Shown piece after piece: positions 31,369 to 42,369 of a stretch of DNA of 64,000 nucleotides. The notes below the pieces were generated by a model that was not told the DNA's origin, did no database searches, and was given only the letters and a program-made list of their open reading frames with translations. Within the stretch, counting starts at the first letter, position 1, and every line of letters starts with the position of its first letter. The stretch is taken from positions 2,912,001 through 2,976,000 of the forward strand of contig OY762069.1 in assembly GCA_963665095.1 (NCBI GenBank), given 5' to 3'. This DNA is from an uncultured Desulfobacter sp. Its GTDB lineage: Bacteria > Desulfobacterota > Desulfobacteria > Desulfobacterales > Desulfobacteraceae. The position numbers and the translations under genes were made by a program.

Positions 31369-32943
31369 CTAAATTAAGCCCAGGACTTTCCACCAGGTAC
31401 AGACCACACCAATCAGTATTAACAATAGTGCCGGGGTGGTCACAAGCCCGAGCTTGGTCAGGTCCGAAGACTTGAAGTACTTATATGAATAGGCAATGGC
31501 ATTGGGCGGACACCCTATGACCAGCAGCATGGCAAAGGAGGTGGCCATACCAAGTCCTAACGCCAGGATGGTGGGGTCAACGCCTTCAAGCTGGGCCATG
31601 GGGATAACTATGGGCAGAATAAGGGCTGCTGCCGCCACATTGGCCATGGCATTGGTAACAAGTGCCCCGAACACGGCCACACCCACAAAAAGCACCAGCC
31701 AGCCTTTGCCCTGGATCAGCGGGAAGAACAGGTTGGCAAAATAATCTGCCGCACCTGAATATCCCATGGCAAGGCCTAGCGAGATGCCGCCGCCGAAGAT
31801 GAATAGTGCAGTGCCCCACTCCAGGTTGTCATTAATGTCACGCCATTTCAGCACGCCGGTGAGTACCAGACAGGCCACGCCCACCATGCCGGTGACGGAG
31901 TAGTGCAGTCCGTGCATGCCTTTGGTCAACCAGGAAATAAAGGAGATGGCAATGATAATCAGCGCTTTTTTCTCAACAGCGGTCATGGGGCCTAAATCCT
32001 CATCAAAATCGGGCAGCTTGAATTTGGGGTCCGGCCGGTAGACGAGATAGACAAGAAATACAGCGGCCGGTACACAGATGACAGCGGCAGGCATACAGTA
32101 TTTGATCCACTCAAAAAAGGTGATTTCAATCCCTGTGAACTCCTTTAAAAACGCGGCAGACACCATACACCGGCCGCCACCCACAAGGGTTCCCATACCA
32201 CCGCAGGAACAGGCAAATGGCAAAGAGAGCATCATGAACTTGGCTGTGCTGGTATTGGGCTCAATGCCCACGGCCCGCATCAGCGGCAGCATGGTGACGA
32301 TACCGATGGCACAGGCAGCTGCATCATGCATAAACGAAGACGCCAGCCCCAGCCCCACGGCAATGATAAAGGTGAACCGGGTCACGGAATTGCCCGCCTT
32401 TTTGATAATATAATACCCCAGGCGTTTTGTCAGCCCCACCTTATCAAGCGCAATGGCAAAGATCAGGCAGCACATGATAAAGATCACCACAGGGTGCATG
32501 TAGGGAGCCCATGCCCCTTTCACATCAGTAATGCCCAGCATAACAAGGGAGGCGCCAATAAGCACTGCTGTGATTTCAAGGGGGATGGGCTCCACTACAA
32601 ACAGGATGACCAGCACGGCCAGTACAGATAAAAACCGTTTGGCTTTAGGGCTCATGCCGTCCACATAATCTACATTTACTTCTGAAAGGCCTGATTTTTT
32701 TGCCTGCTCGGCCAAAAAGGATGCGTTTGCCTGCTCAGTCCCAGGCGCTTTGGCCGTCAGGATAACCGGTTTGCCAGGAGTAGTTTCCTGGGCGGTGAAA
32801 TATTGGGCAACCGCCGTGCTCAACTGGTCTGCACCGGTTCCGGAAAGCTTGAACTTGGTTCCTTCAGGCCTTGGCAGTACAAATACAATTACACCGATCA
32901 ACACTGCAGCTATTAGTTTAAATCCACTTGATTTGAATATCAT
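31369..32943 (-). CDS. SLC13/DASS family anion transporter
   Basis: Multiple TM; SFMHDAAA, CGGMGTLVGG, TNAMANVAAA, IGCPPNAIAY. Confidence 0.88.
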   Translation of the reverse strand: MIFKSSGFKLIAAVLIGVIVFVLPRPEGTKFKLSGTGADQLSTAVAQYFTAQETTPGKPVILTAKAPGTEQANASFLAEQAKKSGLSEVNVDYVDGMSPKAKRFLSVLAVLVILFVVEPIPLEITAVLIGASLVMLGITDVKGAWAPYMHPVVIFIMCCLIFAIALDKVGLTKRLGYYIIKKAGNSVTRFTFIIAVGLGLASSFMHDAAACAIGIVTMLPLMRAVGIEPNTSTAKFMMLSLPFACSCGGMGTLVGGGRCMVSAAFLKEFTGIEITFFEWIKYCMPAAVICVPAAVFLVYLVYRPDPKFKLPDFDEDLGPMTAVEKKALIIIAISFISWLTKGMHGLHYSVTGMVGVACLVLTGVLKWRDINDNLEWGTALFIFGGGISLGLAMGYSGAADYFANLFFPLIQGKGWLVLFVGVAVFGALVTNAMANVAAAALILPIVIPMAQLEGVDPTILALGLGMATSFAMLLVIGCPPNAIAYSYKYFKSSDLTKLGLVTTPALLLILIGVVCTWWKVLGLI

Positions 32944-33350
32944 TGGTGTTTCTCTCCGTTCAGTTTATTATGGGCCTGCCGTGCCAGGCTGATTTTTTCC
33001 ATTAATTCATTCAGTTCACAGGGTTTGGTCAGATAATCAAAGGCGCCTAAGGTCATGCCGTCCTCTGCAGCGGTTCTGGACCCATGTCCTGTCAGGATGA
33101 TCACCGGCAGTTCCGGGGCCATTTTCCTGACAATTTTCAACACCTCAATGCCGTCCAAATCCTGCATCTTCAGGTCCAGGACCATGACATCAAACTTCGC
33201 TTCACGAAGCGCCTGCAACGCCTCAGTGCCGGAATATGCCTTGACGGCCTGAATGCCCCGCCGGCCCAGCCGGTTGGTCAGCACATCCACAAATCCTTTT
33301 TCATCATCCACTAAAAGCAGACGGGTATGGGGTGCGGGGGTGTTTTTCAT
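32940..33350 (-). CDS. Stand-alone receiver-domain protein
   Basis: LVDDE, VLDLKM, LTGHG, AFDYLTKP; stop overlaps the transporter start. Confidence 0.93.
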   Translation of the reverse strand: MKNTPAPHTRLLLVDDEKGFVDVLTNRLGRRGIQAVKAYSGTEALQALREAKFDVMVLDLKMQDLDGIEVLKIVRKMAPELPVIILTGHGSRTAAEDGMTLGAFDYLTKPCELNELMEKISLARQAHNKLNGEKHQ

Positions 33351-33497
33351 TTTCCTATTTGCCTTTAAATTGAAGTCCTCATTAGTTCATGCCACCCGGA
33401 AACATCCATCCCGGCTAATTGCCGCCTCAATATAAATTCAGCGTTGCCATGGATATAAAACCTGCGTCCGAAGGACACGACACTACAACCAAGGGCC

Positions 33498-33624
33498 GTG
33501 TTTGGGTAAAAACTTGCCCAGATGCAAGGCGCAAGAGGTTTTGCAACCGGAGCAATCTTCAGGGTTGTGAGGATTGCAAAATCTCGCAGCAACGCCGCAG
33601 GTGGGTGAGTTTTTGCCCAAACAC
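33498..33624. repeat. 127-bp palindromic element (MITE/REP-like)
   Basis: Arms GTGTTTGGGTAAAAACTTGCCCA / TGGGTGAGTTTTTGCCCAAACAC, inner TTTTGCAA/TTGCAAAA; abuts the TAG stop of the upstream gene. Confidence 0.7.
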
Positions 33625-34046
33625 TAAATCATGCGGCCTGTTATTTCTTTTGCCCTGGCCTCCATAATCTTCTCTTCATGGCGCAGTTTTTTGGAAGCCG
33701 CCTCTTCAATCTTGGCAATAAGCTCCTCCAGGTTGCACGGCTTCATCAGATAATCAAACGCCCCGCGCTTCATCCCCTCAATGGCGTTTTCCACCGTGGC
33801 ATGGCCTGTGAGCATGATCACTTCCACCAGAGGATGATCCGCCTTGATAGCCCGAAGCGTTTCAAGTCCGTCCATACCCGGCATCTTCACATCAAGCACC
33901 ACCACATCAATGTTGGTGGCCTCAGCCATGAAGTTCACGGCGGACTGCCCGTCATAAACAGCCTCTGCCTTAAGCCCGCGTTTATCCAGCCGCTTGATCA
34001 GGGTGTCAAGAAATGCCTTCTCATCATCCACAAATAAAATTTTCAT
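33624..34046 (-). CDS. Stand-alone receiver-domain protein
   Basis: FVDDE, VLDVKMPGMDG, LTGHA, AFDYLMKP. Confidence 0.93.
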   Translation of the reverse strand: MKILFVDDEKAFLDTLIKRLDKRGLKAEAVYDGQSAVNFMAEATNIDVVVLDVKMPGMDGLETLRAIKADHPLVEVIMLTGHATVENAIEGMKRGAFDYLMKPCNLEELIAKIEEAASKKLRHEEKIMEARAKEITGRMI

Positions 34047-34070
34047 CTTTAAAGTCTCCCAAAAGTGGTT

Positions 34071-35807
34071 TTAAAGGTTGTTGTCCGTTTCAGCGTTAGT
34101 CGGTTTTGCCGTCTGGCGTATATTTATGGGCAGGTGGATGAAAAAACGGGTTCCCTGTCCCACCTGGCTTTCCACTTCAATGGTGCCTCCCATCTTCTGA
34201 ATAATGCCGTAGCAGATGGACAGACCTAGGCCGGTCCCTTTGCCCACGGCCTTTGTGGTGAAAAACGGGTCAAAAATCCGGTCCAGGTATTGGGTTGGAA
34301 TACCGGGCCCGTTATCATCCACAATGATTTCAAGCATATTGTCGTTACGGGGACTGACAGCGGTGGACACTTCCACCGTGCCCCCGTCTTTTCCCATGGC
34401 ATCAATGGCATTGTTGATCAGGTTGAGAATGACCTGCTGCAGTTCGGAAGGGGAAAAACGGATAAAAGGCAGGTCCTGTTGGAGATTGGTGGAGATGGCC
34501 ACATTATTATACCGGGCCATCTGGGCGGTGAGCCCTACGATCTCCTGGACGGTGTCGTTGATATCAATGTCAGCCACTGTGGCATCGCTTTTCCTTGCAA
34601 AGCTTAACAGCTTATGAGTGATGTCCTTGCAGCGCCGGCCCTGGGTGCTGATCTGCTCAATGGCCCGGTCAAATTCCGTGCGGCCGTCCGGGGTCATGCC
34701 GGTCTCTTCTTCTAACAGATCGCTCATCCAGCCGGCCTCTTCCACCATGATGGCCACAGGGTTGTTGATCTCATGGGCAATGCCTGCGGCAAGCTCCCCG
34801 ATGGAAGCCAGTTTCCCGCTTTCCACCACCTGTTGGTTCATGGCCTCGTTTTTCCGGTCTGCACTGGCGATGCGTTTGACAAGGTTTTCCGAGAGTGTAA
34901 AAGAAACTGACATGATCATCAGGCAGGAGAGCAGAAATACTATGAGGGTGAGCCCTTCAGCCTTCCACATATCCCACAATGCATCCCGGCTGTTCTGGCG
35001 GAACACCATACGCCAGTCCACAGTTTTAAAAAGTGCCAGGGCATACAGACAGGTGTCTCCGGTTTCATTTTTATGCTTCAGAATGCGGGTGTTTCCCCCG
35101 TTGAAAATGGATGGGTCTGAAATAAATGAAGGCACAATATCCAGGGTGCCGGCCCTGGGATGGGTTTGCAGCCGCCCCTCGGCATTGACAATGAATGCCG
35201 TGCCGGTTTTACCGATTTCAACATTCTCCACCAGGATATTAAAGGCTGTAAAGTTAATCGTGGATCTTAATATGTAGGTCTGGCCCTGGCTTTCAAGCTT
35301 AACTGCCAGGATAAAATGGGGATGCCCCCGAAGCCCTGCAAACACATCTGATATATAATAAGGACTGTTCATCGCCTTTAAAAACCAGGCTGCATTGCTG
35401 TAATGGGCATTCATCAGACGGAACGGTCCCTCATAGGCAAACTGGATACCATCTGAGTCCACAAGTCCGAGATCTGTGAAAACATCCCCGTATTCACTTT
35501 TAAGCTCAGCCAGTTGCGCGCTTAAAAACGCCTGGGCACTGTCGGCAGACCCCATGGATAACTGTCGGGCCAGATACCTGATATTACCCAGTTTTTCAGC
35601 AAGAAACGCATCAATATTCTGGGTATGTTTGAGCACCAGCTCACAGATATGTGCACTGACCTTTTCAGAATAGGCCAGATGAAACCGCCAGCACAGAATA
35701 CCTGAGGTGAGCATCATGGGGATAAGGGAAACCAAGAGGATTCTGATCCTGATTTTCCGGATCAGTGACTGGTAGAACTCTTTTCTATCAGCGTTGTGTT
35801 CCTGCAT
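34071..35807 (-). CDS. Cache-domain sensor histidine kinase
   Basis: Two [32 protein letters not shown]. Confidence 0.93.
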   Translation of the reverse strand: MQEHNADRKEFYQSLIRKIRIRILLVSLIPMMLTSGILCWRFHLAYSEKVSAHICELVLKHTQNIDAFLAEKLGNIRYLARQLSMGSADSAQAFLSAQLAELKSEYGDVFTDLGLVDSDGIQFAYEGPFRLMNAHYSNAAWFLKAMNSPYYISDVFAGLRGHPHFILAVKLESQGQTYILRSTINFTAFNILVENVEIGKTGTAFIVNAEGRLQTHPRAGTLDIVPSFISDPSIFNGGNTRILKHKNETGDTCLYALALFKTVDWRMVFRQNSRDALWDMWKAEGLTLIVFLLSCLMIMSVSFTLSENLVKRIASADRKNEAMNQQVVESGKLASIGELAAGIAHEINNPVAIMVEEAGWMSDLLEEETGMTPDGRTEFDRAIEQISTQGRRCKDITHKLLSFARKSDATVADIDINDTVQEIVGLTAQMARYNNVAISTNLQQDLPFIRFSPSELQQVILNLINNAIDAMGKDGGTVEVSTAVSPRNDNMLEIIVDDNGPGIPTQYLDRIFDPFFTTKAVGKGTGLGLSICYGIIQKMGGTIEVESQVGQGTRFFIHLPINIRQTAKPTNAETDNNL

Positions 35808-35867
35808 TATATCTTATGACTCCTGTGAGGCGGTTTCATCCGGCTTACGGATTCTGCACACACAGGT

Positions 35868-35883
35868 ATCAAGATATATGCCA
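35868..35883 (-). promoter_or_regulatory. Sigma54 (-24/-12) promoter
   Basis: TGGCATATATCTTGAT (one deviation at -12); IHF-like TTTCAATGTATTA at 35913-35925. Confidence 0.6.
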
Positions 35884-35964
35884 ATGACGGAAAAGAAGAG
35901 ACAGGCAGAGTTTAATACATTGAAATAACAGAAGAAATTATAGAATATTACAGACAATCAAAAA

Positions 35965-36004
35965 GACGTGACAGGTGGTCAAAAAGGCTGTCACCTGTCA
36001 CGTC
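35965..36004 (-). terminator. Inverted repeat after the ligase/GNAT gene (terminator, possibly also an enhancer site)
   Basis: GACGTGACAGGTG...CACCTGTCACGTC followed by TTTTT. Confidence 0.6.
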
Positions 36005-36007
36005 TTT

Positions 36008-38698
36008 TTACAGTGTGTAAACATCGAGATGTTCGATGTCAATATCGATCTCAACTTCACCGGAATGGGGCATTCCGGTTTTTTTAAAGCCAAGCTTATC
36101 AGCCAGGCGCAGCATCTGCCGGTTTTCCCGCAGCACAGTGCCGTACACCCGTTTCAGACCGTACCGCTTGGCAAAGGCCAGGCAGGATTTCAGTAATGCG
36201 GCACCAATGCCTTTGCCCTGCCAGGAATCAGCCAGCATAATGGCAAATTCCCCTTCTTCGTGGTTGCCGGTGAAAATGATCCTGGCGGTCCCGATAATGC
36301 GTTCCCCGGACTGGGGCGGAAAAATGGCAACCAGAGCCACTTCCCGGTCATAATCAATTTGAGTAAGGGCTAAAAGCATACGGTTGGACAGTTTTTTTAA
36401 CGGGGTGAAAAAGCGCAAATACACCGTCTGGGGGGACAGATTTTCAAAAAAGGTCATTATGGGGGCGGCGTCTTCAGGCTTAACCGGCCGGATCAGAACC
36501 TGTTCGCTCTCCTGGGTGGTAAGCAACTGCTCCTGCCAGGCCGGATAGGGGCTGATAATCAAATGTTCCGGGGCCGGAACCGCAGGTGCTGCCACCCGTA
36601 TCCGGGCATCCACCGCAATAATATGTCCGTTTGTAACAACCACCGGGTTGATGGTGACTTCGGTGATCTGGGAAAAATCAGTAACCAGACGGCTCAGGCG
36701 TATTAAAAGATTCTCGGCCTGAGTCATGTCAACGGCTTTGAACTGCCTGAATCCGTTCATGACTTTGGATATTTTGGTGGCATTGATGGTCTGGGCAGCC
36801 AGCATTGAATTCAAGGGAGGCAGGGCCAGGGCCGTATCCTGGTAAATGTCGGTCATGGCACCGCCAGTGCCAAATTCCAGGACCGGCCCGAACTGTTGAT
36901 CCAGCCTTGCCCCTGCAAAAAGTTCATAACAGCCGCTTTGAACCATGGACTGGACACTGACGCCCAGAATTTCTGCATCCGGAAAGGCTGCAGCACTGTG
37001 TGACATAATCCGATCAAACGCATCTTTTACAGCCTGGGCTGAGCAGAGATTCAGGCAGATACCGCCTGCATCTGATTTATGAATAATGTCCGGTGAGTTG
37101 ATTTTCAGGACCACCGGAAACCCCATCTCTTCTGCTTTCTGAACGGCTTCCTCTTTTGTCGGCGCCAGCTGTGTGCGGTTAACTGGAATGCCGTACGCCC
37201 CGAGTACAGCCTTGGCATCCATTTCATTTAAAATAGGTCGGCCCTCTTCAATATAGCTGTTAATAATGGTCCGCACCTGCTCGGGATGAACTTTCAGCCG
37301 GATGTCCCGCCGGACAGGAATCTGCTGGAGCATCTCCAGATTGCGGTGGTACCGGTTCATGCCCGCAAAGGCCCGGGCTGCTTTTTCCGGTGTGTCATAG
37401 GTCAGACCGCCATGTTCAGCAAGTATCTTTTGGGCTTTCACCATCCGGGGGCCGCCCAGCCATACGGTAATGACCGGGCAAGGCAGGGCAGTAATCTGCC
37501 CGGCCAGATCCCGGGCAAGGTCTGCAGGATCAAAAAGTCCCATGGGGGAGTGGATCATCAGAATCCCGTCAACCTCGGGGGCCTGGGCTGCCACAGTCAC
37601 GGCCCTGGCAATCTGGGCAGAGGATGCATCTGCCAGAACATCCACCGGGTTGCTCCGGCTCCAGGTTTTTTCAAGGGTGGTGTCCAGGGCTTCAATGGTC
37701 TGGGCGGCCAGGATGGCCGGCTCAAGGCCATTGGCCGCAAGGGCGTCCACAGCCATGACCCCGGGACCGCCGGCATTGGTAATGACAGCCAGACGTTTGC
37801 CTTTGGGCTGCTGCTGCCTGGCAAAAATACGGGTGTAGTCAAACAGCTCTTCAAAGGTATCCACACGCAGGATGCCTGCCCGGTCAAAGGCGGCATCATA
37901 AACAGCATCCTCTCCTGCCATTGCACCGGTATGCAGGGCTGCTGCCCGGGCACCGACCGATGTCCGCCCTGATTTCAGGCAGATAATGGGTTTGATCCGG
38001 GAAACAGCCCGGGCCGCACTCATAAATTTGCGGATATTTGTCATGGTTTCCATGTACATGATGATGCTGTCCACCTTTCTTGAGGTGCTCAGGTAATCAA
38101 GCATATCTGAAAAGTCCACGTCCAGCATATCACCCATGCTGATAATATGGCTGAATCCCAGATTTTCCTTTTGGGCCAGATCCTGCACCGAAGCGCAGAC
38201 AGCACCGGACTGGGACAGGAACGCAATGCGTCCTTTTTCGGGGGAGCCTGACATGAAACTGGCGTTCAGGCTGATGTCAGTGTTGGCAATACCAATGCTG
38301 TTAGGGCCCAGGATGCGGATGCCATGCTGCCGGGCGGCATGTTTGATCCGGGATTCAATAATACGTCCCTGTTCACCGGCTTCTTTCGCCCCGGCAGAAA
38401 TAACAACAGCCCCGGCCGCCCCGGCCTGGCCGCATGCCTCTATAATTTCAGGTACCTGGCCAATAGGGGTGGCCACCACCATAAGGTCCACTGGATTTTC
38501 TATCTCTTTGATGGAACTTTTTACCGGGATATCCATGACATAGGCGCAGTTGGGATTGACGGGATAGATATCCCCTTTGAAACCGCCGTCAATCAGGTTG
38601 CGCATCAATGCATATCCCACCTGGCCTTTCTTTTCGCTGGCCCCGATAATAGCCACGGATTCAGGACGGAACATTCTTGATAAGGTTTCTGTGTCCAT
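36008..38698 (-). CDS. Acetate-CoA ligase (NDP-forming) family / GNAT fusion (Pat/Pka-like lysine acetyltransferase)
   Basis: SVAIIGAS, SQSGA, HTGAMAG, ATP-grasp HKSDAGG, C-terminal GNAT (QIDYDRE, WQGKGIG). Confidence 0.92.
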   Translation of the reverse strand: MDTETLSRMFRPESVAIIGASEKKGQVGYALMRNLIDGGFKGDIYPVNPNCAYVMDIPVKSSIKEIENPVDLMVVATPIGQVPEIIEACGQAGAAGAVVISAGAKEAGEQGRIIESRIKHAARQHGIRILGPNSIGIANTDISLNASFMSGSPEKGRIAFLSQSGAVCASVQDLAQKENLGFSHIISMGDMLDVDFSDMLDYLSTSRKVDSIIMYMETMTNIRKFMSAARAVSRIKPIICLKSGRTSVGARAAALHTGAMAGEDAVYDAAFDRAGILRVDTFEELFDYTRIFARQQQPKGKRLAVITNAGGPGVMAVDALAANGLEPAILAAQTIEALDTTLEKTWSRSNPVDVLADASSAQIARAVTVAAQAPEVDGILMIHSPMGLFDPADLARDLAGQITALPCPVITVWLGGPRMVKAQKILAEHGGLTYDTPEKAARAFAGMNRYHRNLEMLQQIPVRRDIRLKVHPEQVRTIINSYIEEGRPILNEMDAKAVLGAYGIPVNRTQLAPTKEEAVQKAEEMGFPVVLKINSPDIIHKSDAGGICLNLCSAQAVKDAFDRIMSHSAAAFPDAEILGVSVQSMVQSGCYELFAGARLDQQFGPVLEFGTGGAMTDIYQDTALALPPLNSMLAAQTINATKISKVMNGFRQFKAVDMTQAENLLIRLSRLVTDFSQITEVTINPVVVTNGHIIAVDARIRVAAPAVPAPEHLIISPYPAWQEQLLTTQESEQVLIRPVKPEDAAPIMTFFENLSPQTVYLRFFTPLKKLSNRMLLALTQIDYDREVALVAIFPPQSGERIIGTARIIFTGNHEEGEFAIMLADSWQGKGIGAALLKSCLAFAKRYGLKRVYGTVLRENRQMLRLADKLGFKKTGMPHSGEVEIDIDIEHLDVYTL

Positions 38699-38849
38699 GA
38701 GCGGTTCCTTTTAAAAGGGTAAAGGATGTAACGCAGACTTAAATATTACTAAGAAATTTTCGGGCCGGTCTTCGATGGGATTGCATTACTGGGACCGGCC
38801 CCACGGCTGCTTTTTAATCGTTTATGTTCCAGATAACTATGTCAGGAGC

Positions 38850-39782
38850 TTAGGGAATCAGCCAGATGGTGAACTTCCTGGAACTGTAAATAATTTTTCT
38901 GGGGATTCGTCCGAGATCAAAATTTTCAACTTCCGAGAGTCCTTTTCTGCCCAGAACCAGGGTGTCGCATTCGGCCTGACGGGCCGTATCCAGGATCGTA
39001 GCGGCCCGGCTTTCAGCTCCCTGGATAATGCGGCTTTCGATTTTGTCTTCCGGGATACCTGCCTTTGTCAATGCCTCTTTGGCCGACACAATTGCCTTAT
39101 CCAGCCGGTTATAGGCTCTGACACACATATCAGCAAAAGGATCTTTACCTTCCTGAACGGAGTCCGGCACAGTATTACGCATGATGGCACACAAAAGAAT
39201 CCGGCACTCACATTTTCCCATCATGTCTGCAACAAATTCCACGGACCGCATGGAACCATCTGACCCGTCAACGGCAATGCACAGGTAGTTGTTCGCCTCC
39301 CGGGTCCCGGCAACAATCAAAGGAATCTTGTCTGCCTTCTCCACAACTTTGGCAGCGACGCCACCTAAAGTGACACCGAGAATGGAGTTGGCATTGCCTC
39401 TTCTTCTGATGACAAGCGCCTGATATTCACCACTCTGGGCTTCGCTGAGAATCCCTCTGGCAACTCCTTTTTCCCTGGTGGCCAGTTTGAACTGGACGCG
39501 GTCCTTGTCATAGCCGGCCGATACAAGTTTATTACGGGCATCTTTTAAAAACGCATTCATCATCTGCTTCTGGCCGGATTCCCAGGCCTTTACCTGGGAT
39601 ACGGCCATTTTGCTGAATGCATCCTGGCTCAAATCATAATAGGCCTCCGGAATGGGCGTGGTGATACTGAACAACACCAAATCTCTGTTTTTAAAAGGGG
39701 TAAATCTGCATAAATAATCAATGGTTCTTTCAGCGCGTTTTGATCCGTCAAGGGTGACCAGAATTTTTTTCTCTTCAGACAT
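38850..39782 (-). CDS. Universal stress protein (tandem USP domains)
   Basis: ILVTLDGS, CIAVDGS, LVLGRKG. Confidence 0.9.
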   Translation of the reverse strand: MSEEKKILVTLDGSKRAERTIDYLCRFTPFKNRDLVLFSITTPIPEAYYDLSQDAFSKMAVSQVKAWESGQKQMMNAFLKDARNKLVSAGYDKDRVQFKLATREKGVARGILSEAQSGEYQALVIRRRGNANSILGVTLGGVAAKVVEKADKIPLIVAGTREANNYLCIAVDGSDGSMRSVEFVADMMGKCECRILLCAIMRNTVPDSVQEGKDPFADMCVRAYNRLDKAIVSAKEALTKAGIPEDKIESRIIQGAESRAATILDTARQAECDTLVLGRKGLSEVENFDLGRIPRKIIYSSRKFTIWLIP

Positions 39783-39856
39783 GTGAACCTCCTTGGGAAA
39801 GGCCCCGGGACCGGATGATCCAACCGGCTCCCGGGGTATTTACCCTGAAAAATGGG

Positions 39857-40825
39857 TTAAATGCAGATGTCCGGGCTCAAACGCAGCACCGGGACCGGGC
39901 TGTGACGAAAAATCTTTTCAATGGTACTACCCAGGGCAAACTTGACTGAGCGACTGTGCCCCAGAGGACCTAAGACCAGGGCGTCAACCCGGAGATCCTT
40001 GGTGGCTGACAGTATCTGTTCACAAGGATCTCCAGAGGCAATGGTGATATTAATACCCTCCATATCACCAATGCCGGCGGCCTTTATCTGGTCCGCCAGA
40101 CGATCCCTGCGCCGCTGTTTGGCCTTGGGCAGAAATTCCTCCGCAGAAAAGGTGTTTTCCGGGATATAATGGGATTTAATCCAGGCAAGCTCCTTATGTC
40201 CGATGCAATGGAATACCTCAAGCTTTGCACCTGTCATTTTTGCCATCCATCCCGCCCGGGCCAGGATATGCTCGGTCCATGGAGAGAAGTCAACCGCTGC
40301 CATAATGGTGTGGATTTCTCCCTGCTCCGGCAGTTGGCTGCCTGAATACATCCGTTTAAAAATATGTTTGTCCCTGACGCTGAACAGCGCCTTCCGGCAG
40401 TGACGGAATACAAACTCCGCTGCACTGCCGAACATGAAGCTGGACAGGTTGGAACGCCCCTTGTTGGCCATGACCACGAGGTCTGGATTGACCTCGTCAA
40501 TCATGGTCAGGATCTCTTCGGCAGGATATCCCATCTTTATACGGATATCGGTTTTGCCTTCGAATTCAGGGTGATGTGTCCGGATCAGTTCCCTGATCTG
40601 GGCGACCCTGTTTTCCTTCAGCTCATCCAGATACTCCTGGGTATCCTCCCGGCAGGGATACATCATCCCGGCCATAAACACCGGGTTGACCTCCCTAAGG
40701 GGGACAATGGAACAAATGGTGACCTTGAGATCTGTCTTCCCGGCCAGACCCAGGGCATAGCCCAGGGTCATGGGGGAATAATCGGACAGATCAATACAGG
40801 CCATAATGTGGTTGAACTGGCTCAT
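39857..40825 (-). CDS. Universal stress protein (tandem USP domains)
   Basis: IMACIDLS, DLVVMANKG..FGSAAE, LGSTIEKIFRHSPVPVL. Confidence 0.9.
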   Translation of the reverse strand: MSQFNHIMACIDLSDYSPMTLGYALGLAGKTDLKVTICSIVPLREVNPVFMAGMMYPCREDTQEYLDELKENRVAQIRELIRTHHPEFEGKTDIRIKMGYPAEEILTMIDEVNPDLVVMANKGRSNLSSFMFGSAAEFVFRHCRKALFSVRDKHIFKRMYSGSQLPEQGEIHTIMAAVDFSPWTEHILARAGWMAKMTGAKLEVFHCIGHKELAWIKSHYIPENTFSAEEFLPKAKQRRRDRLADQIKAAGIGDMEGINITIASGDPCEQILSATKDLRVDALVLGPLGHSRSVKFALGSTIEKIFRHSPVPVLRLSPDICI

Positions 40826-41745
40826 CGTCTGCTCCTGAGTTTATCGGGGAGTATGCATTTCCCCATTTCAAAAAACAGGTCCTGCTCTCTGATAACACCT
40901 ACGGGTTGACCGTCCCGGGTGACAAGGAGACGGCGCTGCTCCTGATCCACCATATACCAGGCCGCCTCCATCAGAGTGGCGTTGGCATCAATGGACACAG
41001 GAACAGGGGACATGACATCGCTGATGGTCTCAGTGCGGACCTGCTTCACCGCCGTGGTAAACATGTTTCTCCAGAACATGGGTGAGTACTGGATGGCATC
41101 TGCCATGGCCGGTTTTGGCGACGTCAGGTAACCGGGCAGGATCAGTTCGAGAAGGTCCCGGATGGTAAGAATTCCTTTGATCTGCATTTTTTTGTCCATG
41201 ACCAGGACGGACCTGTGACCGGTTTCCATAATCTGGTCAGTGGCCGTCAGGGTAACAAAAGATGTTTTCAATTCATGAACAGCTTCCGCAATTGTAGCAC
41301 CTTCATCTATGGTTGTATAGGCACTTAAAGGAATCATTACTGCGCCAACCAGATCCTCTTCAATTTTTCCGCCATGGGCTTTATTCTGGCAGGCCTCTCT
41401 GATTTTATCTGAGAGCAGATCAATGTCACAGGGTTTGGACAGGTAGTCAAACGCCCCGAGCACCAGGGCCTGTTCCGCCGAGTCCTTGTCCCCGTGGCCC
41501 GTGAGCATGATCACGGGCAGATCCGGCTTTTCTTCCAACATTTTTTCCAACACTTCATGTCCGTCCATACCGGGCATCCGGATGTCCAGGATCACCACAT
41601 CCGGCGACTGGTTAAGGCTTTTCAGGGCGCTGGGGCCGTCCTCCGCAAGAATGGTGGCAAAACCGTTGCGCTCCAGAATCTTGCGAGTGGTTTCCCTGAA
41701 CCGTTCTTCATCGTCAACCATCAAAACTTTTATGGGTTCTGTCAT
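40822..41745 (-). CDS. Receiver domain + CBS-pair protein
   Basis: Receiver motifs, then GILTIRDL and PVGVIREQDL CBS repeats. Confidence 0.9.
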   Translation of the reverse strand: MTEPIKVLMVDDEERFRETTRKILERNGFATILAEDGPSALKSLNQSPDVVILDIRMPGMDGHEVLEKMLEEKPDLPVIMLTGHGDKDSAEQALVLGAFDYLSKPCDIDLLSDKIREACQNKAHGGKIEEDLVGAVMIPLSAYTTIDEGATIAEAVHELKTSFVTLTATDQIMETGHRSVLVMDKKMQIKGILTIRDLLELILPGYLTSPKPAMADAIQYSPMFWRNMFTTAVKQVRTETISDVMSPVPVSIDANATLMEAAWYMVDQEQRRLLVTRDGQPVGVIREQDLFFEMGKCILPDKLRSRR

Positions 41746-41776
41746 TTGATATTGCTCCTCTTCTTTTTAAAAATTT

Positions 41777-42310
41777 TTATACACGACCGGCGACTGCCGA
41801 TATGGCTGAATAAATCAGGCACCACTGCACGGGTACGGAAATAAGGATGATGGCGATGGCTTTGCCTTTTGACAGGCCACAGCTGTTTTTAAATCCAGTA
41901 TATACCAGCCAGTATTTCCAGGGTTCCGTAAACCAGAGCATGAAAGGCAGCCAGGAAATCAGCATGGTAATTCCCGAGGCATAGGCATAAAGCCCGAAGA
42001 CCAGGGAGAACTGACTTACCCTGCCGCACATCATTACCATGGTGCAGAACCCGGTAATTGAACCGATGGCCACCATCCCTGCAGCATTGGCAAAGTAAAT
42101 AAGTGCCATGGTAATTGGGGAGTGGGGGCCCGGGCCCGTGAGCAGGCCTGCTCCGGCATAAAATCCCGAAAACAGAAGGATAAAGCCCACGGCCCGGCCA
42201 AAGGTATGGCTGGCAGGCAGGTCTTTGAAAAACAGGACCGGTTCTATAAGCAGCCGGATCAGACCATGGCCGTAAAATTTCAGTGCATTAACTACCCCTG
42301 ATGTATTCAT
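41777..42310 (-). CDS. YIP1-family membrane protein
   Basis: LLIEPVLFF, several TM, AYASG; AAGGAG RBS before the ATG at 42310. Confidence 0.7.
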   Translation of the reverse strand: MNTSGVVNALKFYGHGLIRLLIEPVLFFKDLPASHTFGRAVGFILLFSGFYAGAGLLTGPGPHSPITMALIYFANAAGMVAIGSITGFCTMVMMCGRVSQFSLVFGLYAYASGITMLISWLPFMLWFTEPWKYWLVYTGFKNSCGLSKGKAIAIILISVPVQWCLIYSAISAVAGRV

Positions 42311-42369
42311 TCTTCTCTCCTTTGCGCAGACCCCCGTCGTTCGCATTATTTCGCTACAAGGATTCACGA

